Origin: Erysipelotrichaceae bacterium MTC7
Lineage (GTDB): Bacteria > Bacillota_I > Bacilli_A > Erysipelotrichales > Erysipelotrichaceae
Reading direction: 5' to 3'
Length of the DNA stretch: 32,000 nucleotides
Assembly: GCA_001695645.1 (NCBI GenBank)
Contig: LVZN01000084.1
Coordinates: 1 to 32,000, forward strand
Shown here: in pieces, positions 1 through 8,248 of the stretch
How positions within the stretch are numbered: position 1 is the stretch's first letter
Layout of the letters: every line of letters starts with the position of its first letter
Translations under genes and position numbers: made by a program
Notes under the pieces: generated by a model
Databases searched by the model: none
What the model was told of the DNA's origin: nothing
Seen by the model: the letters and a program-made list of their open reading frames with translations, nothing else

Positions 1-24
1 AGTTTAACATATACAATTAAAAAA

Positions 25-69
25 ACTGTGAAGCAGAGCCGTACGCTCTCTACTTACACAGTTTATTTT
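25..69 (+). terminator. Terminator-like hairpin flanked by an A-run and a T-run (possibly bidirectional), probably closing a + strand gene upstream of the window
   Basis: ACTGTG(25-30)/CACAGT(57-62), AAG/CTT and AGAGC(35-39)/GCTCT(45-49) pair around a 5-nt loop. TTTATTTT follows and AAAAA precedes. Confidence 0.4.
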
Positions 70-77
70 ACACTCCC

Positions 78-101
78 AAAAAGACAAGCGCTTGGCTTGT
101 C
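78..101 (-). terminator. Rho-independent terminator of the 132-740 gene
   Basis: GACAAGC(83-89)/GCTTGTC(95-101), 5-nt loop. On the minus strand it is followed by TTTTT (78-82), about 30 nt after the stop codon. Confidence 0.6.
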
Positions 102-131
102 CGATATTGGTTGCATGTAACATGCTGCAAG

Positions 132-740
132 TTAATCAGCTTGTTTTGCTTCTTCAGGATTTAATAGTGTTTTAGATACTTCCAAATATTCATTCGCCTT
201 TTCTTTGTCCCCTTTATTTTCATATTGGACAGAAAGTAAATAAGCGGTGATTCCTTTTGCATCATCTGGTTGTGTTTCAAAAGCTTCCAACATTTCGTCG
301 ATGTAGTTGTATTTCTTAACGATAAAAATATCATAAATGCGCTGTGCTTCGGCTTCCATCGCAGGGTGTTCCAAGGTTTTTACAAGATCCAAAGCTTGTT
401 TTGCTTTACCTGGTTTTTCTGCTCCAACATAATAGTTGAATGCCTTCATGTAAACATCTTCTTTTTGCTTAAGTGACATTTTGTAGTTTAAGAGTTGTTG
501 AATCCCAGCATCAATTTTCTTTTCATCACCACGCATGACATAAGAGTTTAATTTGATGTAATCCAGGTTAAATTGTGGATATAAATATTTCATTAACTTT
601 GAATCCACCATACGATCAAATGTTTCAAAGTCTTGTGTTTGTAAAGCTCTAGCGAGTTTGTTGAATTGGGTGCGCTTTAATACTTGCATAATAAGTGTAG
701 CAATGGCGACAGCGATTACGGCAACAATAATATAAATCAT
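132..740 (-). CDS. Hypothetical protein: N-terminal transmembrane anchor plus an alpha-helical repeat (TPR-like) region
   Basis: ORF 132-827. I prefer the internal ATG at 740 (MIYIIVAVIAVAIATL...) because AAAGGAG lies 8 nt upstream on the minus strand (749-755). Hydrophobic N-terminus, then a Lys/Glu/Tyr-rich helical sequence. No family recognised. Confidence 0.6.
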   Translation of the reverse strand: MIYIIVAVIAVAIATLIMQVLKRTQFNKLARALQTQDFETFDRMVDSKLMKYLYPQFNLDYIKLNSYVMRGDEKKIDAGIQQLLNYKMSLKQKEDVYMKAFNYYVGAEKPGKAKQALDLVKTLEHPAMEAEAQRIYDIFIVKKYNYIDEMLEAFETQPDDAKGITAYLLSVQYENKGDKEKANEYLEVSKTLLNPEEAKQAD

Positions 741-885
741 GTATCGATCTCCTTTTGGTATAAGAGTATTATACATGAAATTATGGTCTCTGTGCTTGGA
801 AAACAAAAAAGACAAACATCTTCTCAAAAAGGATAAGCGTAAAAAAAGGAAGTTTCGCTTTTGGAAACACCCTTGTTTATATCGA

Positions 886-1404
886 TTAACGTTTGGTTAA
901 AGTTAACAAATAACGAATTGCCATATAGGCACTAAATAATGATACTGCAATGGAAGCAACTGCAATGATGATATTGGTCTCAAAGTAGTTTTCGATCACA
1001 ACATTAACAACTAACAATATAGAAAGCGCTGCATACAAACCAAAACGCAACAAGGTTCCACCTGTATCAAGTTTTGCGGCTTCCTTCGTTGAAGAAGTTG
1101 CAAGTTCTGGATTGAAGTTTTTGATCTGCGTCATTCTTGAAAGCAGCTTGCGATAGTGCCATTCCATATATGCACAACTCAATACTGCAATTAATATAGA
1201 AATCCAAATGTTAAGTTCAAATAATAATTGACAGAAGATTAAAACGATTAAACTGATCGCATAGCGAAAACTTAAAATTTGAAAGCGTGATGTAAGTTCA
1301 CTTGGAACGATGTATCCAGTTTGTGAACGCTTGTTGTAGTAGATTGCACGATTGTGCTTATCATAGTATATATTTCTCCCGTTTAGGACGATTTCTTTAG
1401 CCAT
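886..1404 (-). CDS. Hypothetical integral membrane protein (about 4 predicted TM segments)
   Basis: 172-aa ORF with a GAGGTG RBS before the ATG. Soluble N-terminus (MAKEIVLNGRNIYYDKHNRAIYYNKR), then hydrophobic stretches. No family recognised. Confidence 0.6.
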   Translation of the reverse strand: MAKEIVLNGRNIYYDKHNRAIYYNKRSQTGYIVPSELTSRFQILSFRYAISLIVLIFCQLLFELNIWISILIAVLSCAYMEWHYRKLLSRMTQIKNFNPELATSSTKEAAKLDTGGTLLRFGLYAALSILLVVNVVIENYFETNIIIAVASIAVSLFSAYMAIRYLLTLTKR

Positions 1405-1505
1405 ATCTATTTCACCTCTGCTATTAATTATATAGCCTTAAGGGGTGAATATCTATAATAAATTAGCAAATCATTTGCACAAATTAACAAATCAAGGCGT
1501 AATTA

Positions 1506-1533
1506 TTGAAATTACGTTGTGTAAGGTTATAAT
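1506..1533 (+). promoter_or_regulatory. Sigma-A type promoter of the agaS-IIA operon
   Basis: TTGAAA (1506-1511), 16-nt spacer, TATAAT (1528-1533). About 20 nt upstream of the GGAGG RBS. Confidence 0.5.
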
Positions 1534-1555
1534 GCAAGTGAGCGGAGGTACAGAA

Positions 1556-2731
1556 ATGATTTATAACGTATCAATTGAAGATTTAAAAAAGGAAAACGCG
1601 TTTTGGACAGCAAGTGAAATTCACCAACAACCAGAAACGTGGAAAAAAACATTAGCACAAATTGAAGCCGAGAAAGATGCAATCCAAGCCTTTATTAATA
1701 AGGTAATAACGCAAGATGACTTTGATGTGATCTTAACGGGTGCTGGAACTAGTGAGTTCGTTGGAAACGCTGTGTTCTCTTACTTAAATACAAAACTTAA
1801 CAACAAAGCACGTTCGTATGCAACAACAGATATCGTTGCTTGCCCAGAGAACTACTTATCACGTACGAAACCAACCTTGTTGATTTCTTATGGACGTAGT
1901 GGAAACTCACCAGAATCAGTTGCAGCTGTGGAAGTTGCAAATGTTGTTTGTGAAAATATCTACCACTTATTTGTTACATGTAACCATGAAGGTGCATTAT
2001 CAAAATACGCAGTTGGTAAAGATAACTGTTATGCAATTAACTTAACACCAGAAACACACGATCAAAGTTTTGCAATGACATCAAGTTTCTCAAATATGTA
2101 TTTAGCAACGGTTTTAAGTTTCAACTTAGACAACTTAAAAGAAATGGAAAACCGTGTTGCAGCAATTGTAACAGGTGTGAAAGAACTTGTTGAAGATCAA
2201 TACACATTTGCTGAAATGCTAGTCAGCGGGTTTGACTTCAAACGTATTGTTTACCTTGGAAGTAATACATTAAAAGGTGTAGCACAAGAATCTGCGCTTA
2301 AAATGCTAGAACTTACAGCTGGTGAAGTTGTTACGATGTACGATACTCCATTAGGTTTTAGACATGGACCAAAGTCTATTATTGATTCAGAAACACTGAC
2401 TGTCGTATACTTAAGTGACGATGCTTATACACGTCAATATGAAATTGACATTCTAAAAGAAATGAGCCCACAACGTAAAGGGAACAAAATTTTAGCAGTT
2501 GCATCCTCAGAAGATGAAGAAGTTGAAGGACTTGTTGATTACTTCTATAGTTTTGACAACGCGGACAAAATGGAGAATGTCTTCTTAGGACTTGAATACA
2601 TTGCACTTGCACAACTGATTGCATATTACAAATCACTTTCACTTGAAAAAACTCCAGACAATCCATGTCCAACCGGAGAAGTGAATCGTGTTGTAAAAGG
2701 GGTAACAATCTACCCTTATGAAAAGAAATAA
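1556..2731 (+). CDS. agaS: AgaS-type SIS-domain sugar isomerase/deaminase (galactosamine-6-phosphate deaminase family)
   Basis: Near full-length similarity to E. coli AgaS as I recall it (ILTGAGTSEF, LISYGRSGNSPESVAAVEVAN, THDQSFAMTSS, ALKMLELTAG, GFRHGPKS, YTRQYEIDILKE, GEVNRVVKGV). Start moved from the GTG at 1445 to the ATG at 1556, which has a GGAGG RBS and lies downstream of the promoter. Confidence 0.88.
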   Translation: MIYNVSIEDLKKENAFWTASEIHQQPETWKKTLAQIEAEKDAIQAFINKVITQDDFDVILTGAGTSEFVGNAVFSYLNTKLNNKARSYATTDIVACPENYLSRTKPTLLISYGRSGNSPESVAAVEVANVVCENIYHLFVTCNHEGALSKYAVGKDNCYAINLTPETHDQSFAMTSSFSNMYLATVLSFNLDNLKEMENRVAAIVTGVKELVEDQYTFAEMLVSGFDFKRIVYLGSNTLKGVAQESALKMLELTAGEVVTMYDTPLGFRHGPKSIIDSETLTVVYLSDDAYTRQYEIDILKEMSPQRKGNKILAVASSEDEEVEGLVDYFYSFDNADKMENVFLGLEYIALAQLIAYYKSLSLEKTPDNPCPTGEVNRVVKGVTIYPYEKK

Positions 2732-2748
2732 AAGGAGAAAAAAAGATT

Positions 2749-3180
2749 ATGATTGGATTAGTAGTAACAGGACACGGAAATTTTGGGTCAGGACTTACAA
2801 GCTCAGTAAACCTTATTGCTGGGGAACCTGCTCACTATGAATTTGTTGATTTTACAGCAGAAAAAACACCAGAAATATTAGAAGATGAATTACGTGAAGC
2901 ATTTGATCGTCTTAAAGAATGTGAAGGAATTATCGTATTAAGCGACCTTCCAGGAGGATCACCATTTAAAGTAGCTGCAACACTTGCACAAAGCTACAAG
3001 GATGTATATGTATTGGGTGGAACAAACCTACCAATGATTGCAGAATTAACGATGGCAAGAACAATGATTGAAGATGTTCACGCACTAGTTGATATGGCAA
3101 TCAACACTGGTAAAGATCAAATTGTAAAATTTGAAATTAAAAAACCAGCGGCAAAAGTTGAACCATCTGACGGAATTTAA
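2749..3180 (+). CDS. PTS mannose/sorbose/N-acetylgalactosamine family EIIA component
   Basis: 143 aa. N-terminal MIGLVVTGHGNFGSGL carries the phospho-His motif typical of ManX-IIA/AgaF. RBS AAGGAG. Co-oriented 17 nt after agaS. Confidence 0.85.
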   Translation: MIGLVVTGHGNFGSGLTSSVNLIAGEPAHYEFVDFTAEKTPEILEDELREAFDRLKECEGIIVLSDLPGGSPFKVAATLAQSYKDVYVLGGTNLPMIAELTMARTMIEDVHALVDMAINTGKDQIVKFEIKKPAAKVEPSDGI

Positions 3181-3190
3181 TGGATATAAG

Positions 3191-3216
3191 ACGGACTTTC
3201 AATGGTCCGTTTTTTT
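3191..3216 (+). terminator. Rho-independent terminator of the agaS-IIA operon
   Basis: ACGGAC(3191-3196)/GTCCGT(3205-3210), followed by TTTTTT. Confidence 0.75.
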
Positions 3217-3241
3217 ATGGGTTGCAAGACAAAAGGTTATG

Positions 3242-3262
3242 AAAAAAGCTGCCTAGCAGCTT
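3242..3262 (-). terminator. Rho-independent terminator of the AraC-family gene
   Basis: AAGCTGC(3246-3252)/GCAGCTT(3256-3262), 3-nt loop, T-run on the minus strand (3242-3247). It abuts the stop codon at 3263-3265. Confidence 0.65.
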
Positions 3263-4432
3263 TTAGTTATATATCGTTTTTGCATAATCACTTGGAGTAA
3301 TTCCAAACTGTTGTTTGAACTTTCTCGAAAAGTAGTGAATGGATGCAAAGCCAAGTATGTTAGATATCTCTGAAATGGTGTATTTTGATTCTTTTATTAA
3401 TTGTTTTGAACGATTCAGCTTTAAATCCGAAATGTATTGTTTTGGTGCAGTGTTTAAGTTGGTCTTAAACAATTGTTGCAAACTGCTTCGTGAAATATTG
3501 AATTCGTTACACAAACTTTCAATGGTAATCACCGAGTAAATGTTATCGTTGATGAAAATAAGGATTTCATTGAGTAACTCATTTTCGAATTTTTGTTGCA
3601 TGGGACTGGTTTTTACTGGTGTATCATCAATTGAATCAAAGTAGATCAAACGAATCAGAATTTGTTCAAGATAAGAAACCAACAATTCGTTTTGGTAGGG
3701 CTCATCACCATTGCTGGTTTTTACAAACAGGTTGATGGTATCTAATATTTCACGGTTTGCTTTAAACACGCGTTGATTTAAGGTTTCCACGTGTTCTTTA
3801 TCACACTGCATGTCAAACATAACGGTTAAATAGGAACAAGTTTGGTCTGCTTTGGTATATTGATTATGAAATTGATTTGGCATATAGATCATTAAATCGT
3901 ATTGTCCAAGTTCAAAGTCTTCTTCTTCCACTCGTGTTTGCAGTTCCCCGTTATCAATAAAGGTAAGTTCCCAGTGGTTGGTAATTTCACCAGCAAACGA
4001 ATAACTGGTATTGCGTACTTGGTAGTAACATGCAAGTACTTCCTCCACAAAGATGCGTGGTCGAATTGGTTGATAGACGATTGGTTCCTCTAATTTCACA
4101 CGGTTTTTTGTATAACTTCCGGTTGTTGATATTTCGATTTTGGCTGAACTAGTAATACAAATAAAATTAAACTTGATTCCTGGTTCCAATCGTACCACAC
4201 GGTGGACCACAAATTTTTCAATTTCGTAATCACCACTTTGCACAACCAACAATACAATACCTTCGTTTACACGTATGTAGGTGTCGCTATTGCTGTAGTA
4301 TAAAAAATCAATGCTCTTGTTGTTGATTTTTTTAATTTTCTTTCCTGGCGAAAGGATGGAACTTCCATAAGAGAAGTCTTGAAATATTTCTCCATATTTT
4401 TGGAAAATATAACTTGTTGTTTTTTTGAACAT
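3263..4432 (-). CDS. AraC/XylS-family transcriptional regulator with an enlarged (about 280 aa) N-terminal sensor region
   Basis: C-terminal double HTH typical of AraC (ITIESLCNEFNISRSSLQQLFK ... ISEISNILGFASIHYFSRKFKQQFGITPSDY). Start set to the ATG at 4432 (MFKKTT), preceded by AGGAGG. The ORF-track start at 4498 has no RBS. Confidence 0.85.
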   Translation of the reverse strand: MFKKTTSYIFQKYGEIFQDFSYGSSILSPGKKIKKINNKSIDFLYYSNSDTYIRVNEGIVLLVVQSGDYEIEKFVVHRVVRLEPGIKFNFICITSSAKIEISTTGSYTKNRVKLEEPIVYQPIRPRIFVEEVLACYYQVRNTSYSFAGEITNHWELTFIDNGELQTRVEEEDFELGQYDLMIYMPNQFHNQYTKADQTCSYLTVMFDMQCDKEHVETLNQRVFKANREILDTINLFVKTSNGDEPYQNELLVSYLEQILIRLIYFDSIDDTPVKTSPMQQKFENELLNEILIFINDNIYSVITIESLCNEFNISRSSLQQLFKTNLNTAPKQYISDLKLNRSKQLIKESKYTISEISNILGFASIHYFSRKFKQQFGITPSDYAKTIYN

Positions 4433-4540
4433 ATAGAATACCTCCTTTGTCTTTTTCAGTGTATCACACATCAAATGTGATGAGATAACAGAAATCAAAA
4501 AAATTTACGAAAAGATGATATCACATAACAAAATTGAAAT

Positions 4541-4554
4541 TGAAAGCGGTTTTA
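4541..4554. promoter_or_regulatory. Candidate cre (CcpA) site in the divergent PTS/AraC control region
   Basis: TGAAAGCGGTTTTA against the degenerate cre consensus TGNAANCGNWNNCA: one mismatch (T for C at position 13). Perfect left half-site. Confidence 0.35.
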
Positions 4555-4652
4555 TGTTGGAAAAACAACAAATAATTATGTGATTCACACAATTATAACA
4601 AAAAATACAAACTCATGCATAAAAAGTGCAAATACTTTTTAGGTTGTCGGGT

Positions 4653-4658
4653 TAAAAT
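4653..4658 (+). promoter_or_regulatory. Candidate -10 box (TAAAAT) of the PTS IIB-IIC-IID operon, with a weak -35 as expected for an activator-dependent promoter
   Basis: TAAAAT lies 53 nt upstream of the start codon. No good TTGACA-like hexamer at 17-18 nt spacing. Confidence 0.3.
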
Positions 4659-4710
4659 GTAAGTGTAGTGAAGCCTGTCTCGATTTGCACTACAGAAGAG
4701 GAGAGAGAAT

Positions 4711-5187
4711 ATGCCTAATATTGTTTTAACAAGAATCGACAACCGTTTGATTCATGGTCAAGTTGCTACGCAATGGGCCGGAGTTGTAGGAGCTAACTTA
4801 TTGTTAGTTGCAAATGACAATGTAGCTGGAGATGAGTTCCGTCAAGGACTTATGGATATGGCTGCACCAGCATATGCACAAACACGTTACTTCACAATTC
4901 AAAAAACGATCGATGTAATCGACAAAGCAAGTGATGCACAAAAAATTGCCATCATCTGTGAAACACCTCAAGATGTATTGAAACTTGTTGAAGGTGGAGT
5001 TCCAATTAAAAAAGTAAACATTGGAAACATGCACATGGCTGACGGTAAACGTCAAGTTGCTACAACTGTAGCTGTTGATGACGCTGATGTTGCTGCGTTC
5101 AAAAAATTACAAGATCTTGGTGTTGAATTAGAAATTCGTAGAGTTCCTGATACAGCTCCAGAAAACATCGACAAACTTTGGAAATAA
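4711..5187 (+). CDS. PTS mannose/sorbose/N-acetylgalactosamine family EIIB component
   Basis: 158 aa. MPNIVLTRIDNRLIHGQVATQW is the hallmark IIB(Man) phospho-His motif. RBS GAGGAG. Confidence 0.9.
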   Translation: MPNIVLTRIDNRLIHGQVATQWAGVVGANLLLVANDNVAGDEFRQGLMDMAAPAYAQTRYFTIQKTIDVIDKASDAQKIAIICETPQDVLKLVEGGVPIKKVNIGNMHMADGKRQVATTVAVDDADVAAFKKLQDLGVELEIRRVPDTAPENIDKLWK

Positions 5188-5249
5188 TAAAGTAGTCGAA
5201 TTCACAATTAAATTATTTAAAAAAAGAGAAAGAACTAGGAGGATTACAA

Positions 5250-6050
5250 ATGGATGTTATTCAAATCGTGCTTTTAGCACTAGTAACGTTTATCTTTGCA
5301 ATTGACCAATTCTCATTAACTGAAATCCTTTACCGTCCAATGGTTGCATGTCCAATTATTGGTTTAGTATTAGGAGACCTTAACACTGGATTAGTTGTTG
5401 GTGGTACTTACGAGTTAATGATGGTTGGTAACATGCCAGTTGGTGGGGCACAACCACCAAACGCCGTATTAGGTGGAGTTGTTGCGATGGTGTTCGCAGT
5501 TAAGTCAGGAATGACAATTGACGCTGCACTAGGTGCTTCAATTATCTTCGCTGTATTCGGACAATATGTAGTTACAACTGTATTCGCATTTATGTCAGGG
5601 CTTATGTCAAAAGCTGACAAAGCTGCTGCTGAAGCAAACCCAGCAGGAATTACACAAGTTACTGTAATTTCAATGGCTTTAATGGGTGGATTATTCGCGT
5701 TATTAGCAGTCGTTGCATACGTTGGTGGAGAAGCTGCACGTGATGCACTTAACACAATCAACGACAACGCTAGCTGGATCATGGGAGGTCTTGCTGCTGC
5801 TGGTGGTATGATGCGTTTCGTAGGGTTCGCAATCCTTATGAAAATTATGCTTTCTAACGACCTTTGGGGATTCTTCCTTGCTGGTTTCGCAATGGCGAAC
5901 ATCGTACAAAACATCGAAGCTCTTGCACCTGCAACATTATTATTATTAGCATTTATCGGTGTTGCAATCGCTATGTTCGACTTCGGTATCAACATGAATA
6001 TTAAAAACCGTGTAGGTTCAGGACAAGGAGGAGCATCTGATGGCATCTAA
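5250..6050 (+). CDS. PTS mannose/sorbose/N-acetylgalactosamine family EIIC component
   Basis: 266-aa polytopic Gly/Ala-rich membrane protein at the canonical position between IIB and IID. RBS AGGAGG. Confidence 0.85.
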   Translation: MDVIQIVLLALVTFIFAIDQFSLTEILYRPMVACPIIGLVLGDLNTGLVVGGTYELMMVGNMPVGGAQPPNAVLGGVVAMVFAVKSGMTIDAALGASIIFAVFGQYVVTTVFAFMSGLMSKADKAAAEANPAGITQVTVISMALMGGLFALLAVVAYVGGEAARDALNTINDNASWIMGGLAAAGGMMRFVGFAILMKIMLSNDLWGFFLAGFAMANIVQNIEALAPATLLLLAFIGVAIAMFDFGINMNIKNRVGSGQGGASDGI

Positions 6051-6924
6051 AGTTAATATTGACCAAATTTCTCATTACAATGACTTAACACCTGCAGCTC
6101 CTTTATCAAAAGCAACGTTAAACAAAATGACTTGGCGTTCTTTACAATTACAATCTGCATTTAACTACGAAAGAATGCAAGCTGCTGGTTGGTTATGGGG
6201 AATTTTACCAGGATTGGAAAAAATCCACACGAACAAAGACGACTTAGCAATTTCAATGACACATAACTTGGAATTCTTTAACACTCACCCATTCTTAGTA
6301 ACATTCGTTATGGGTATCGTGTTATCGTTAGAACAACAAAAAGCTGACATCGCTACGATTCGTTCGGTGCGTGTAGCTGCAATGGGTCCTTTAGGAGGAA
6401 TCGGGGATGCATTGTTCTGGTTTACATTTATTCCTATCGTAGCTGGTATTACAGCTAACATGGCAATGGATGAAAACTTAATGGGACCTGTTCTTTACTT
6501 CGTATTAGCATTTGGACTTCAAATGGTAATCCGTTTCTTCTTAATGAACTGGTCATACAAACTAGGAAGTAGTGCAATTGGTGCTTTAACGAAAAACGCT
6601 AAAGAATTCACACGCGCAGCTTCAATCCTAGGGGTATTCGTAGTTGGTGCCTTAGTTGCTAACTTCGGTGGTACTACAACAAGAATCGTGTTCGCTAACG
6701 GGGATTCTCCAATTAGCTTACAAGCACAATTAGACCAAATTATGCCTAAAATGATTCCATTTGCATTAACAATGCTTTGCTACTACTTAATCAAAAAGAA
6801 AAACTTTACAGCTGTAAAAGTTATCGTTGTATTATTAGTCATCGGTATTGTTGGAGCAATCTTCGGAATTTGGGCTGGAGACTATACTCCACTTGTTGAA
6901 TGGTACACATTACCAAAAGCATAA
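6040..6924 (+). CDS. PTS mannose/sorbose/N-acetylgalactosamine family EIID component
   Basis: 294 aa. Its start overlaps the IIC stop by 11 nt. Contains the IID-typical segment FNTHPFLVTFVMGIVLSLEQ and GPLGGIGDALFWFT. Confidence 0.88.
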   Translation: MASKVNIDQISHYNDLTPAAPLSKATLNKMTWRSLQLQSAFNYERMQAAGWLWGILPGLEKIHTNKDDLAISMTHNLEFFNTHPFLVTFVMGIVLSLEQQKADIATIRSVRVAAMGPLGGIGDALFWFTFIPIVAGITANMAMDENLMGPVLYFVLAFGLQMVIRFFLMNWSYKLGSSAIGALTKNAKEFTRAASILGVFVVGALVANFGGTTTRIVFANGDSPISLQAQLDQIMPKMIPFALTMLCYYLIKKKNFTAVKVIVVLLVIGIVGAIFGIWAGDYTPLVEWYTLPKA

Positions 6925-6967
6925 TCAAAGAAATGATTTAAGAAATTTCTCTCGATCTTCTTAAACC

Positions 6968-6995
6968 AAAGGGCGCTTCGGCGCCCTTTTCTTTT
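6968..6995 (+). terminator. Rho-independent terminator of the PTS IIBCD operon
   Basis: AAAGGGCGC / GCGCCCTTT with a TTCG tetraloop (6977-6980), followed by TTTTCTTTT. Confidence 0.85.
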
Positions 6996-7108
6996 GGTTA
7001 TTTGTCTAGGATAAATAATGGATGAGTTGTTTTATAAACCTTTATTTCATGCGTGATTGTCCAAAAGTTAATATTTTCACAAAAGTTGAATTTTTCGGGT
7101 GATGTTAA

Positions 7109-7137
7109 TTGACATTAACATTTGTTAATCATATAAT
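7109..7137 (+). promoter_or_regulatory. Consensus sigma-A promoter of gap
   Basis: TTGACA (7109-7114), 17 nt, TATAAT (7132-7137). Confidence 0.75.
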
Positions 7138-7167
7138 GGTTAGGTAAAACGAAGGAGGACTTTTAAC

Positions 7168-8184
7168 ATGGCAGTAAAAGTTGCAATTAATGGTTTTGGA
7201 CGTATTGGACGTCTAGCATTCAGACAAATGTTTGGTGCAGAAGGATATGAAGTCGTAGCAATTAACGATTTAACAGATCCTAAAATGTTAGCGCATTTAT
7301 TAAAATATGACTCAGCACAAGGAACTTACGCATTAGCTAGTAAAGTAGAAGCTGGTGAAGGTTCAATCACAGTTGACGGAAAAGAAATTAAAATTTACGC
7401 AGAAGCTGACGCTTCAAAATTACCTTGGGGTGATTTAGATGTAGACGTAGTATTAGAATGTACTGGATTCTACACTTCAAAAGCTAAAGCAGAAGCTCAC
7501 ATTACTGCAGGAGCTAAAAAAGTTGTTATCTCAGCACCAGCTGGAAACGACTTACCTACAGTAGTATTCGGAGTTAACGAAGATGTATTAAAAGCAGAAG
7601 ACACAATTATCTCAGCTGCTTCATGTACAACTAACTGTCTTGCTCCAATGGCAGACACATTAAACAAACTTGCTACAATTAAAGCTGGAATTATGTCAAC
7701 AATTCACGCTTACACTGGAGACCAAATGTTATTAGACGGACCTCACCGTAAAGGTGACTTACGTCGTGCTCGTGCAGCAGCAGTAAACATCGTTCCTAAC
7801 TCAACAGGAGCTGCAAAAGCAATCGGATTAGTAATTCCTGAATTAAACGGAAAATTAATCGGTTCTGCACAACGTGTTCCAGTTCCAACAGGATCAAGTA
7901 CAATCTTAGTATCAGTAGTTGATGGAGACGTTACAGTTGATTCAATCAACGCAGCTATGAAAGCAGCAGCTAACGATTCATTCGGATACACTGAAGACCA
8001 ACTTGTATCTTCAGACATCGTAGGATCTACTTTCGGATCAATCTTCGATGCTACACAAACAATGGTTATCCCAATGGATAACGGAACTACACAAGTTCAA
8101 ACAGTTGCTTGGTATGACAACGAAAACTCTTACACTAGCCAAATGGTAAGAACAATTAAATACTTCGCTGAATTAAGCAAATAA
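7168..8184 (+). CDS. gap: Glyceraldehyde-3-phosphate dehydrogenase, type I
   Basis: 338 aa. NGFGRIGR Rossmann motif, active-site [15 protein letters not shown]-terminal motif. Own promoter and terminator, so monocistronic. Confidence 0.95.
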   Translation: MAVKVAINGFGRIGRLAFRQMFGAEGYEVVAINDLTDPKMLAHLLKYDSAQGTYALASKVEAGEGSITVDGKEIKIYAEADASKLPWGDLDVDVVLECTGFYTSKAKAEAHITAGAKKVVISAPAGNDLPTVVFGVNEDVLKAEDTIISAASCTTNCLAPMADTLNKLATIKAGIMSTIHAYTGDQMLLDGPHRKGDLRRARAAAVNIVPNSTGAAKAIGLVIPELNGKLIGSAQRVPVPTGSSTILVSVVDGDVTVDSINAAMKAAANDSFGYTEDQLVSSDIVGSTFGSIFDATQTMVIPMDNGTTQVQTVAWYDNENSYTSQMVRTIKYFAELSK

Positions 8185-8190
8185 TTTTAG

Positions 8191-8217
8191 AAAGCTCACT
8201 TAGGTGGGCTTTTTTTT
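8191..8217 (+). terminator. Rho-independent terminator of gap
   Basis: AGCTCAC(8193-8199)/GTGGGCT(8204-8210) with one G-U pair, TTAG loop, then T7. Confidence 0.8.
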
Positions 8218-8220
8218 ACG

Positions 8221-8248
8221 AAAAAAGTGCAAATGATGATTTGCACTT
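8221..8248 (-). terminator. Rho-independent terminator of the radical SAM gene
   Basis: AAGTGCAAAT(8225-8234)/ATTTGCACTT(8239-8248), GATG loop, T-run on the minus strand (8221-8226). Overlaps the stop codon. Confidence 0.7.

Noticed and set aside
1445-1555. Longer N-terminal extensions offered by the ORF track (GTG 1445 for agaS; also 827, 4498, 9936, 11640, 13522, 14846, 27174)
   Set aside because: In each case a downstream ATG has a canonical GGAGG-type RBS at proper spacing. The extension overlaps a promoter, leader RNA or the upstream gene, and adds residues not found in the family's conserved N-terminus.
4579-4589. TGTGA-T-TCACA as a CRP/FNR-type site
   Set aside because: The half-sites match the CRP consensus arms, but the spacing is 1 nt rather than 6. 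I treat it as one of several ATCACA/TGTGAT half-sites instead.
4621-4691. AAAAAGTGCAAAT ... ATTTGCACT arms recurring at 4621-4691 and again in the terminator at 8221-8248, possibly a small repeat/MITE-like element
   Set aside because: Only a 9-13 nt identity is shared, there is no flanking similarity and no target-site duplication. At 8221-8248 it is simply a terminator. At 4621-4691 the arms are 49 nt apart and the 5' arm probably lies upstream of the transcription start. Most likely coincidence in AT-rich DNA.
4560-4710. Sigma-54 (-24/-12) promoter, as found at LevR-controlled Man-PTS operons
   Set aside because: No TGGCAC-N5-TTGCW match. The closest strings (TGCATAAAAAGTGCA, TTGGAAAAACAACAAAT) each lack either the GG or the GC element. 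No sigma-54 activator gene is adjacent.
5408-6046. 212-aa ORF antisense to the PTS IIC gene
   Set aside because: It lies entirely inside a well-supported IIC CDS. Its Ala/Pro/Asn-rich low-complexity translation is what the reverse complement of a Gly/Ala-rich membrane gene produces. No RBS.
7018-7056. 12-codon sORF (MDELFYKPLFHA) between the PTS terminator and the gap promoter
   Set aside because: Only a weak AGGA upstream and no promoter. An ORF of this length is expected by chance, so it is not supportable.
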